From Lingula anatina (taxonomy: Eukaryota; Animalia; Brachiopoda), in contig CM120640.1 of NCBI GenBank assembly GCA_051362555.1, forward strand, positions 48,214,788 through 48,278,787: a stretch of 64,000 bases of DNA. The letters are read 5' to 3'. Shown here one piece after another: positions 1 through 10,977 of the stretch; within the stretch, counting starts at the first letter, position 1; every line of letters starts with the position of its first letter. The translations under genes and the position numbers were made by a program. The notes under the pieces were generated by a model. It saw nothing but the letters and a program-made list of their open reading frames with translations. It did not search any database and was not told where the DNA came from.

Positions 1-143
1 AGGGAGGTTCTTTTTCTGAAAAAGTGGACCTTTTCCCATGAAAACTTCATGTACCTAGATCAAGTTTTACCCAGAGTGGACCTTTTCCCAGCAAAAGGGG
101 CGGTTCTTTCTAACCCCCCGAACCCCCCCTGGCTACGGACCTG
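1..143 (+). mobile_element. 3' part of a short interspersed non-autonomous DNA element (truncated by the window start)
   Basis: Internal GTGGACCTTTTCCCA repeats and the terminus CCCCCCCTGGCTACGGACCTG; a decayed relative lies at 29126-29287. Confidence 0.55.
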
Positions 144-505
144 GACACTTACATGTATCAAACCATCCTGCCGAACTTGTGGCAAGTACGGAAACAACCA
201 CTATGACGATCTTTTCCATCATATATCTTCTGCGTTATGATGTCCGTGTGTTTTTCTGATGCTTGAACTGACTATTTATAGGGCCCAGGCATTTGAGGGA
301 ATCAGGTGATGTGAGTTGGAGTTTGATCACTGCGTAGCAGCCAAAATAAACAGGAGTCCGGAAGGTTGTGCGGTTTTTTCAGTGCAAAAATTATCTCAAG
401 GTTATAGGAATCAGGAGACAACAAATGTATCAGTGGATTGTTGCGCTGTTAGGTTGCTAATCCCATTAGAGAGGGGGTGGTAGAAGAGGAGGAGACTGCC
501 TACTA

Positions 506-506
<1 letters not shown>

Positions 507-537
<31 letters not shown>

Positions 538-550
538 GGGGAAGGGGGGG
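507..550. repeat. (GT)n plus poly-G simple repeat
   Basis: Direct inspection. Confidence 0.9.
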
Positions 551-2421
551 GAGTAGAAGAGGGGGCCGGCAATGGGTGAAAAGTCAAAAATTTTCTAAAG
601 TACTATTTCAAATGGCATACTGCCCTACCCAAATACAGGCAGTTGTCGATTCGGAGGAAGGGGGGGGGGGCGAAGGGATAATGGCAGATCAATTTTGAAC
701 CGTACCCCCTCTTTTTTCCTCTTTTTTTTATCCAGGTTGCCTGGATAAAATAAGGAATATAAAAAAAATTGACATGTGTTAGTCATACATGCTGATTGGG
801 TAACTATTTATGTTTCCTTAGTACGCATGCACTCACTTGGTAACACATCTGTAACCCGGTCAACTGTGTGGCATAAAAGGACAAGAGTACCTCTTTTTAG
901 GGGGGGGGGGTCCTTTGGGACCCGAGAAAGCCACTTTGAATTCGCGAATGTCTGAAACGTTCATTTTTTTAGAGTGATCCGTGAAGCACTCCATTCCAGT
1001 GCCGATTTTTATTCTTCGCCCTTCGTGAAACGAAGTCATAATACCCGGTGATTTGTGATTTTCAGGATTTTCGATTTGCATTTATAGTGAGATATGAATA
1101 AAAATGTATGAACTGTTGTGACCACTACTGCCCAATGGGATCCTCTCTTTTAAGTGTGTGTGTGTGTGTGTGTGTTTTGTTTGAAGGTGGGGGTCTTGGG
1201 GTGTGCCAAACTGTAGAATAAACAGTAGTAACAGCTTGTTTTTATTCCCATGTTTTTGAAAACGCATTCATTTTTCAAAATCCTCTCGTTTTCCACCAAT
1301 GTTACCTCTAAGTCACGGAAGTGTGTCTTGGCTGAGAACAACCCTTTTTTTCGTTGGGAATGAGCTGTTCTCGTTTTCGGTTCAATCTGAACTAAAATTG
1401 CTGATATCATCATGTTTATTTTTCTAAAAACAAATTGGAATTTCTTCAGTACAAGTTCGCGTGCACTTATTTTGGACCCACTGCCATTTTAGTCAGCAGC
1501 ATTTCAGGAACAAAGTTCGCACGGCCTTAAGTTTTTTTTCTAAGTATGGATTACCAGTTTGTGAGGATGAATTCAACCTAGCGAGAGGTTCACATAATAA
1601 AAGACCCGTTTTTATGTGCTCACATCCAATTTACTAAGCATTTATAACAGTTAGAATAACACATTTCCTCTACTTTCCATACTCATTCTTTCTCTCTAAA
1701 AAGGCAATGATTCAGATACAGTATCTAGGTCACTGATATACCAAATCACACCATCTAAACTATACCGTTATATATATAGGTCTATCTAGCATCATATTCA
1801 TTCATTCTTTTTTGCTACTAGGAGCTTGAATCAAATACATTTATAGAGGTACATTACATCTTAGATATTGAAAATTAAAATGCCTCTTATCTGTTGCTAA
1901 GGTCTAAGATATAAAATTAGATTAGAAACAAGTGCTCTGTCGCCTTCAAATTATCTTGTTCAGCATCAAATTATCTGTTCACACTTGATAAATGGTTGAT
2001 ACATTTTTTAATAAATAGGGTCTACTTAGTTAGAAGTTTGGCTCAAAAATGCTCTTCTTGAATTAACCTTATTAGGCTTTCTTGTCTTAGTCGTATCACT
2101 ATCAATATTATTGTAAGCCCTTTCAATTATTGAAGCCAGACTTGAAAATGTGCTCTTACCGAAATCTTGCAGTCAGCTCTGAAGTCCAGGGCTTTTATTG
2201 GGCAATATTGAAATTTGAATTCTTTAAATATTTCACTGATAAACAAATAAATAAAATGATATTAAAAATATTAAAAATAATAAAGATATTATAATATTAT
2301 AAGGCAGAATAGGTGGTGCACATTTCTAGAGGCAAAAACTCCGGATTTCGCTGCCCCACATCGCATTATCTTCGTAAAACAGAAATAGGTAAGCATAAAT
2401 CTATCAATTTTTTAGTCTTGT

Positions 2422-4219
2422 TCATGTATTGATGTGTCGTTGAATCCACTCTGAATACAGCGCCACGCGGGTATAAACACCAGGTTTCATAGGTCGACCA
2501 CAGCCAATACCAAAACTGGTCACACCCTGGAGAATAAAGCGACCGTCCTCAAGACACACCAGAGGGCCGCCCGAGTCGCCCTAAAAAAGAGACAGGCCGG
2601 TTTGATAGCCTTGAAAACACTACTTTTTTACATTATGAATGGGTTGCAAACAAGGAAATGTTATAAGTGAATGAAAACACAAAATAAGACTATAATGAAC
2701 GCAAACGCATTCGTGCTTTAGAAAGGTTTTTAAATGATGCATACGTATTGATCACAACTAGAATTCTCCAAATGACACGTTTATTATTATTTTTATTATC
2801 ATCATTTACCGAAGTACATTTATTTTGGAACGTGTGAGAATATCGACATCCATGTGCTTCTTTGTTGGGCCTGAAGGCACACTTCAAGGTATAGGGTAAA
2901 TTCACAGGCGCCAAACGGAATTGATGTCGGTTTTGGTACTTTTCCATTAATGCCCAAAATCAATTTCAATCTATCCACTCACTTAAAACACGGTAACCAA
3001 ACTCGCTTTCTAGAATTTTTCTATAAAAAAGATTGTTAATGGAAAATATTGTTAGCAGAATAGTGAGGAGTGCACATAAACGACGTAACAAACCAATGGA
3101 TTTACTCACATTGCAAGCGTCTTTTCCGTCTTCTCCACCCGCACAGATCATTGTGTCTTTTATAAAACTGCCTATATAAGAGCGCAACCTGCACGTGGAG
3201 CGAGCGACGACACTCAACACTACCTGCTGGAGCAAATCTGGGCGACTTCCTAAAATTGAATTAAAAAATCAATTTGTTTTTTTTTTTTTTTTTTTTTTTA
3301 TTTCGTCATCAGCTTTCATTGGCGCTCACATGCACACATTAAAGAACACGGGCGCATATTTCAACGTTTGTACAAACAGCTTGAAAGAAACTATATATTT
3401 TTTTACAAACGTTTCTATATTTGTTTACCTGATTCTGAAGTCACTCCCCATCCAGTCGCCACACATTTCGTCCCTGCTGTCACATCCTTAGTTGGAATAC
3501 AGACTGGTGTTATCTTATCACTGTGAGTCACCGGCTGACTGAGTCGTACCAAGGCGATATCGTTGATTAAAGTAGATTCATCAAAACCTGGGTGAGGAAC
3601 CACTCTGGATACCGGGATATCTCTCTGAATGCTGCTGAAGGTTGTAAGGTCGTGCTCGCCCACACGCACTCTCCAGGAGCCAGGGTCTAGTCGGCTGTAG
3701 AACAGAGAAAACCAGAAATATGAAATATTTGAACACTATAGTATTTTTTTTTCTTTCCGCTTCGTTTTTCATATCTAAATGGAAAGTATCAGTTCCTCTC
3801 ACAAACCCAAAGCAATTTTCTTTGGTATTTTATTCTTCGATATAATCTAAGAAAATAATGTACAACTCGCCAACTTGGGGAATTTTTCCCCCGCAAAACA
3901 CTTTTCGATCTCTTAAACGATATTGATGTGTATGCACGTTTGTTTTAAATTTTATATTTATATAAGTACTCTCTTGTGCACGAATACTTTTGCACCAGTT
4001 TTGTATCAAAGATAAAGTTTTAATGCCCATCTTACCTGGCCACACAGTGCCCAGCCGTGACCACCCACTGGTTGCTGACCAGTGTCCCCCCGCATGGCGC
4101 CTGGTTTGAACTGGTCACTAGAAGTACCTGCCACGGCCAGCTGTTGGGTTCGGCCGTCGTGCCTCCGACTATCCTTTGCTGCTGTAGGACACTCGGGGAG
4201 ACCTGACCTACACCGCAAC
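2422..4219 (-). CDS. Trypsin catalytic domain of the above gene (4 exons)
   Basis: IVGG...WPWQV...[17 protein letters not shown]; DIALVRL; CVATGWG; MICAG...DACN|GDSGGPLVC. Confidence 0.95.
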
Positions 4220-7200
4220 CTGGTAGAATCGTAACGTTGGAATATTATATGGTGTGATAACAATGTTAAATAAGATGATTTCTTTTCAAAGGCGGATGCC
4301 TGGAGGGTGATATTTTTTTAGAATAAAATGGTGGAAAGACTGTCACACGGTACTAGAGCAACAGGATACAACAGATAAAAATTTCAGAAAAATGTTTCTA
4401 AAAAGAAGCAACACTATGTGGGCCTATGGAGTAACTACCCGGTAGAAAATTACAACTTAGACATTTGCCAACGAAACATTATAATAATAGTAACAAATTG
4501 TACATAACAGTATAATAATACCGCGAGGGAGGACAAGAAGTAGGATAAGTCTTCAGTATTTTTAGAAAAGGGGTGACCAAAAATGCTTTACAACTCGGCA
4601 TAAAGGGAGGAATGTCGACTCCTTTATTATCTTTAAAACACACAAAAACCAGTGTGAATGAAGTTAAATTTCACATACTCGGACATGCCCCCACATTGCA
4701 GGTACTTGTCTCGGAGTTTCCCCCAGGGCAGGGTCTGCCGCCATGTTGTGGAGCAGGTCTGGAACAGGTTCTCTCCCGTGTTCTTTGTCCATTGCACTGC
4801 TGAGAACAAGTAGACCAAGATCCCCAAGGTGCCCATCCACCATTGACAGCTACAGCTGAAATTAAAAAGATGGTGCCTCAGTGATTTTCGTCTATCTGGT
4901 GCGTACGAATAAAACATTTGTATTTGTCCAAGAGTTTACACACAATTTAGAACAACAGGTAAACTGACTGCCCTGAATAAAATTAATAACTAGTTCAAGA
5001 TATCTATATACCTTAGATTCTTTACCTGTATATATTTAGCATTTTAAACGCGATAAACTCTTAAATCACTTACTCTGACTGCAAGAGCCAAATTCCAGCG
5101 GCGATCCCGGGCAAGAGGCCCCTCCATACCTAGGTGGAGGGTTAGTGCAAGACCGTCTGCGATATCTTCTTCCTGCAGCTGAACACGCCGACCACGGCGA
5201 CCAAGGAGTCCATCCGCCGTTCACTACGATATAAAGTATACCCCGACTTAAACAATGAATCCGTGTTTAAGTCGGGGTATACTTTATATCCCGACTTAAA
5301 CATTGATTCCGTGTTCAAGTCGGGATATGAAGTATACCCCAACTTAAACACGGATTCAGTGACAAAAACATAGGCCTGATGGATAGCTATGTAAGTGTGA
5401 TGAAAACAGTTTGAAATCTGCATAACAATGGGGATCCAATAAAGATAATTAGAAAACGTTGCCATTAGTGCTCTGAAACCAAGGGTGGGTAACTGTGGTT
5501 GCTCTTAATAATATTACTGTATAGTCTGTCAAATTTCGCTGTTGCCTTTGCTTTACTGGTTCTGCTTTTAGATTAAATGGCCTCTTTGACTCACACCATT
5601 AGATAATTCAAATCTATCAAAAGAGAGGGAGAGAGAGAGAAAAAAAGAGAAAGAGAGAGAGCTTTTCTTCAAGGTACCTGGACATTCTCTTATGTTACAG
5701 TCCCTTGTCTGTGCCAGCGACACTCCTGGACAGTTTCCAGTGCAACGTCTGCGTCGTGTCTGCATTCCTCTGCCACAGGTTGTAGAACAAACGGACCAAC
5801 CTTCCCAATTTCCTATAACCCTACCTAGATTAAAACCACCGAGCGAAATCTGACAGTGTTAAAATGAATGTGTATTTTTTCAAAAAAGAAATATTGAGAG
5901 GAACAAGTAAGTGCAAGTGATGCCAAAAAAGCCGAAAAAGTTGGTACAATTCTTAAAGGAAAATTCGGTAGGTACTTCAACAAAATGAGATTATTGAAGT
6001 GACCGGGTTTTGCAGACCCTTACAGGGTACCTTCTTTAAATCAGGTAAAAATCGAGATCATACATTTTAATAATATAATATAATATAATATAATATAATA
6101 TAATATAATATAATATAATATCGGAAACTCACATGGATTGGTGTTACAAGATTGACTTTGTGTAGGACTTCCAGGACAATCTAAACCGCCATTCTTCGGG
6201 GGAGGGCTTGTACAAGATCGTCTGCGGACTCTGTTTCCGCCTCCACAAGTCCGTGAACACCTTGACCAAGTTGACCAGGCCGTCCATCCTCCATTCACTT
6301 TTTGTCATAGAGATATTTTTCTCTTAAAGTATGTACACTTATAGGCCTACCTAAATCGACAGGCTTTTAAATATAATAATATTACTGTATAGTCTGTCGA
6401 ATTTCGCTGTTGCCTTTGCTTTACTGGTTCTGCTTTTAGATTAAATGGCCTCTTTGACTCACACCATTAAATAATTCAAATCTATCAAGAGAGAGAGAGA
6501 GAGACAGAGAGAGAGCTTTTCTTCAAGGTATAGTACCTGAACATTCTCTTATGTTACAGTCCCTTGTCTGTGCCAGCGACACTCCTGAACAGTTTCCAGT
6601 ACAACGTCTGCGTCGTGTCTCCATTCCTCTGCCACAGGTTGTAGAACAAACGGACCAACCTTCCCAATGTCCTATAACCCTACCTAAATTAAAACCACCG
6701 AGCGAAATATGACAGTGTTAAAATGAATGTGTAATTTTTTAAACAGAAATATTGAGAGGAACAATTAAATACAAGTGATGCGAAAAAAAAGCCGAAAAAG
6801 TTGATACAATTCATAAAGGAAAATTCAGTAGGTACTTTGACAAAATGAGATTATTGAAGTGACCGGGTTTTGCAGACCCTTACAGGGTACCTTCTTGAAA
6901 TCATACATTTTAATATTATATTATATAATATAATATAATATAATATAATATAATATAATATAATATAATCAAGAGAGTGTTAACATAACATAACACAATA
7001 TCGGAAACTCACATGGATTGGTGTTACAAGATTGACTTTGTGTAGGACTTCCAGGACAATCTAAACCGCCATTCTGCGGGGGAGGGCTTGTACAAGATCG
7101 TCTGCGGACTCTGTTTCCGCCTCCACAAGTCCGTGAACACCTTGACCAAGTTGACCAGGCGGTCCATCCTCCATTCACTCTTGGTCCTAGAGATATTTTT

Positions 7201-8967
7201 TCCTAAAGTATGCACACTTAGATGCCTACTTAATTCGACCGGTATTTAAATACGTTTGAAACACGCAAACTTCATCGGCTGTTGAAAAAACATCGAATTT
7301 TGAGGTCATGCACCATTGTTTATGAAAGGAAGTGGTGAAAACGTGAAAGAAGCCTTTGGAACGGTATCTTAATTAAATCAAAAGGCGAAGGCGGCATTGG
7401 ATGATACACAGGAAAATAAGCATCAAGAAAAAATTACACTGAAAGACGCAAGATGTGGTCACAATGGGAAAGTTGAATAGCCTCTAAAACAACAGCCGGA
7501 CACCAGAATGAATGGAACGACACAACATAGTAGTAGTAGACTACACACTTATGAAGTAATTGAAGTTTACTTTATTACAGAAGTGGTTCAATTTTTCAAT
7601 GTGACCGTACTTTGATGAAGAGTGTGTTAGGGGGGAAAACATATACCTGAGCACTGGACAGTACATCGAACGAAGGCAATCGTTGGTGGTCGTCCTCCAC
7701 CAACGCATTCATACCGCCTTACGCTAATACCTGGTACAGACAGAACCCCTGTGCTACAAGAGCTGAATGGATAACAACGACTTGTAGTAGTACGAATCGA
7801 AGAGCAAAACTGCGAAGAACCTGAAAAAACAATTGTTACTTCAGCATATCAGTTTTGATATTTGTACATTAAGTAGTTTTGTAACATTTCGTGATAACTG
7901 AATTTTAAATGATTCATCACCCCCCCCCCCCCCCCCCGCTAGAATCATCACTTATGCATATTTCCTTATCTCAATCAATAAATTTCTAAACGAATTAGAA
8001 TGTGGCTTCTTGTGCCTTGTTGAGTAGATCCATAAATAGCGCCCCCCCCCCCCCCCCCCACCACCAAAAATATTAATACATACTAAAGGTTTTAACAAAC
8101 GAAAAGTAAAAAGAAATCTCTTTCTAAGCTTTTTTCTAAGAGTTGTAATGTCGTATAAATTGCTAAAGGATGGCGTTATCTTGTGGAAAATTCAGCATAT
8201 CCCTTCCTGGGAGGCTCAGCGTTCGCCGTCATTTTGCTATCAGCAAACTTCACAAGTTCATTATTCATAAAAACGTCAACATTCACCTGTAGTGAGTCTC
8301 TTTTACTTTTAAGTTATCAGATTAGAATTTTACAACTGGATAAAAAGGAAAGTAATGGTATTTGACACACATCCGAAGATACTAAAAAAGATTGATAAAA
8401 CTGCCTTGTACATTTAAAGATGCAAACACACATCAAAAATAATTCTTGGTTTTACCAGTAGACGCCTTAAATCAAGAACCGATTCATATTAGTTATCCAA
8501 AGTTGATCAAAAAGAAAAAAATAAAATAAAAAGAAATAAAGAGAGATGGCAAAGACTTTCGTTCGTAATTAAGAAATGCATTTAGATACAAATATAAGAA
8601 TGTGACGTTTACGTAGAAAGAATCAACCAGAATCAAAATCCATTTATCCCCAAGTAGATTACCACCTTACCCTTGAACTTTAGTACCAGTCTGTCTGCAG
8701 TCTCTTTACCTGCATTCGCTCCATCGTCTTTTGAAAGTATAAATCTGTAACTGGTCGATCACACTATACTTGCAGTGACAGTAAATGTGAACAAAACGAG
8801 AGATACCACGGCTTCTATGAATAATTACATCTTTACTCATATGAAGTTCTTACGGATGATGGTATACATCAGAATGAATACAAACACTACAGGTACTTAC
8901 CTAAAGAGATTAGATTTATGAAAACAATCCACGCAAAAATGACACGGATTTTAATCGGCACATCCAT
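2422..8967 (-). CDS. Secreted trypsin-like (S1A) serine protease with N-terminal Cys-rich domain and five thrombospondin type-1 (TSP1) repeats; 11 coding exons, ~599 aa
   Basis: Exons in transcript order: 8967-8901 (signal peptide [22 protein letters not shown]), 7820-7647 (6-Cys domain), 7186-7013, 6683-6537, 6297-6133 (non-standard acceptor, see findings), 5824-5678, 4855-4679 (TSP1 WxxWxxCSxxC...RxRxC), 4219-4036 (activation site R|IVGG, TAGHC), 3694-3429 (NDIAL), 3249-3110 (DACN), 2580-2422 (GDSGGP...SFGIGC...PGVYT, TGA). All junctions GT-AG with matching phases. His/Asp/Ser triad intact; Asp189, Gly216 and Gly226 equivalents indicate trypsin-like specificity. Confidence 0.92.
5228..5358. 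repeat. Nested inverted-repeat (fold-back) array in a protease intron
   Basis: GATATAAAGTATACCCCGACTTAAACA-N9-TGTTTAAGTCGGGGTATACTTTATATC is a perfect 27-bp hairpin; 5256-5302 is also the reverse complement of 5312-5358 with 3 mismatches. Confidence 0.85.
5506..7252. repeat. Tandem segmental duplication (~868-bp unit, 2 copies: ~5506-6373 and ~6374-7252), each copy carrying two TSP1 exons and their introns
   Basis: TAATAATATTACTGTATAGTCTGTC starts at 5506 and 6374. Exons, introns and the (GA)n and (TAATA)n microsatellites are all duplicated at high identity. Confidence 0.95.
6071..6120. repeat. (TAATA)n pentanucleotide microsatellite (second copy ~6911-6969)
   Basis: Ten perfect TAATA units. 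Confidence 0.95.
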
Positions 8968-10028
8968 GCTAACAATTTCAAAAAGACGTTCCCAAAATTG
9001 TTTGTAACAAGTCTTTAGTCTTTCCTACAGTCTTTTGACGGCAGTTTGACCAGTATGCATCTATTTAAGCCTTGAGAAAATGGATTTGATCTGAATTGCT
9101 AATTCACTTTCCTGCGGGGATTCTACATATGGCCCAGGGCGAGGTAAGAATCATGGCACGACAAATACCTACAAGCGAGAACAGCGTTTTGATATAATAA
9201 GTTGGGTGTGGAAGACCCAAGAACCCGCTGTTAATGTATTCCTTCAGATTTGCTCAAGGACGATTTGTAAATTCAACGAACTATGGAGACTTGTGTCTGG
9301 AAGGTCGACTAGCGTTAACTGCAAGGTACAATTTTCCTTAATACGAACATTAACCATTTGTGAATCTTGCCGTAATTTTCAGGTTATGTAGTTTTATCTT
9401 TAGTATTTGTTTATTTCAAGGCCCATTCTTGTACCAATCTGTGATCACCACAACTGCATTCAGGTGTCAAAGAAAAGACTTTCGATGGAGCTGCCTCTCT
9501 GTCAGCAAGAAGTTATACTCAAGGCATATGACCATAGAGATAGACACCGACTGAGAAAATTGGAAATATTTTACAGCTATTTGTCAACTCGATCTTGATT
9601 TTTTATAACCCATATTAGCAACATTATAATGAACGAGCCCTGTCACTCAGGGTAACAAAACTGTGAACCTGCTGGCATAGGGAGGTGTTGGACTACCTTT
9701 GTTAAATGGTTTGAATCATGTCTGTCATGACATCCTCGAAGCTATGCAGTCATCTCCCGTTTCACGAAACGATTCCATAATATCAAATAAACCGACTTTC
9801 ACCTATTTTAGCTTTTGCCACAATATGGTTCACAGCCACTGTTGGGTACAAAAATGTTACGGAAGACTTAAGCATAGGTTTATATCGCATTTCAGTCAGG
9901 TAAACAACTCAATTTTTTTATCTCCAGATAGAGATTTCATTGGTAATTCCAAGAATCAAAATGTTTTTTTTTGTCGTACAACATGCCTAAATAAAAACAC
10001 AAGGCCATAATTCAAGGCAAAGCAATAC

Positions 10029-10058
10029 TTTATTGAATATAAAAAGCCATTCTTTATT
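10029..10058 (-). terminator. Candidate polyadenylation signals (two AATAAA) of the hillarin/KY-like gene
   Basis: TTTATT on the + strand at 10029-10034 and 10053-10058, ~930 nt past the stop; T-rich sequence follows on the minus strand. Confidence 0.5.
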
Positions 10059-10977
10059 TCATCCAATAATAACATCTCAATATTGGTAGAAAAACCAAAC
10101 AGTCTGAATTATACATACATGTGTATATGTGGAATACAATGTGGACATATCTATAAACACAAGCTCTGATAAAGCAAAAAGAGCATGTCAATCTATGATA
10201 TATGTATAAAAAACCCATTTCAAATAATTCGTCCTTTGTAAAACCCAGCACTATGTATCACTACTAGCTTCTAAAGCAGTACAAGAAAGAAAAATGCAAG
10301 GCTCAAGACTTTAACAAATGTTGAACAAATCTAAGTTACTGAGGCAAAACATGAGCGTCACATCAAGTGCAGATCTTGTAATCATTTTAAACTGTCTATG
10401 ATGCTTTAACATAATTAGACCAGAAAGTCATATTTCAACCTTTTTGAAATGTAGATTCATGATTGCATTTTGCTCTCCAAGTACAGGAAATTGCACAAAT
10501 CCTTAAAATGAATTAAAGATGACAAGAAGCAGAGCTATACAGTCAAGTCTTCTTTTCCATCAAATGTTATCTGCTGTTCGAGCATCTAAACAATCCGCTT
10601 GAAGTTTGTCTCTATGTAACTGAGATTAGTCTGTTGCCAAGTGTGAAAAACTTTCTTGGTAAATATGTCATGTACGATAAACTTAATATAATGCACTAGG
10701 TGCCACACACTGAGATGTGTAGGGGTTTTGCAAGAAGCAAGCCCAGTGAATATCAAATAAACACAATAAGCTAGGGGCTTGCTGAATATTAGTTCTATGC
10801 TGCAAGATTGTATTACTTAACAGTCACTGGCCTAAAGTTACCAAATTTTATGTGAGTTATGTATCACTATTTGCAATAAAACAAACCCATGTTCTACCAC
10901 TTTTGCGTATTCTGAACTTGCAGTTTTTTAAAGCATATCAAAAGTTCAGCACTTTTTTTTTATTTGCAACTTAACAG

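Noticed and set aside
857-1483. CpG-rich stretch with Tc1/mariner-like end fragments (e.g. TATTTTGGACCCACTG)
   Set aside because: No matching pair of TIRs or TA duplication could be identified; probably repeat debris
5228-5358. CRISPR-like appearance of short palindromic repeats
   Set aside because: Units alternate in orientation, there are no unique spacers or cas genes, and the context is a eukaryotic intron
8681-8697. 17-bp match TAGTACCAGTCTGTCTG also at ~28380
   Set aside because: Too short to interpret; chance or repeat debris
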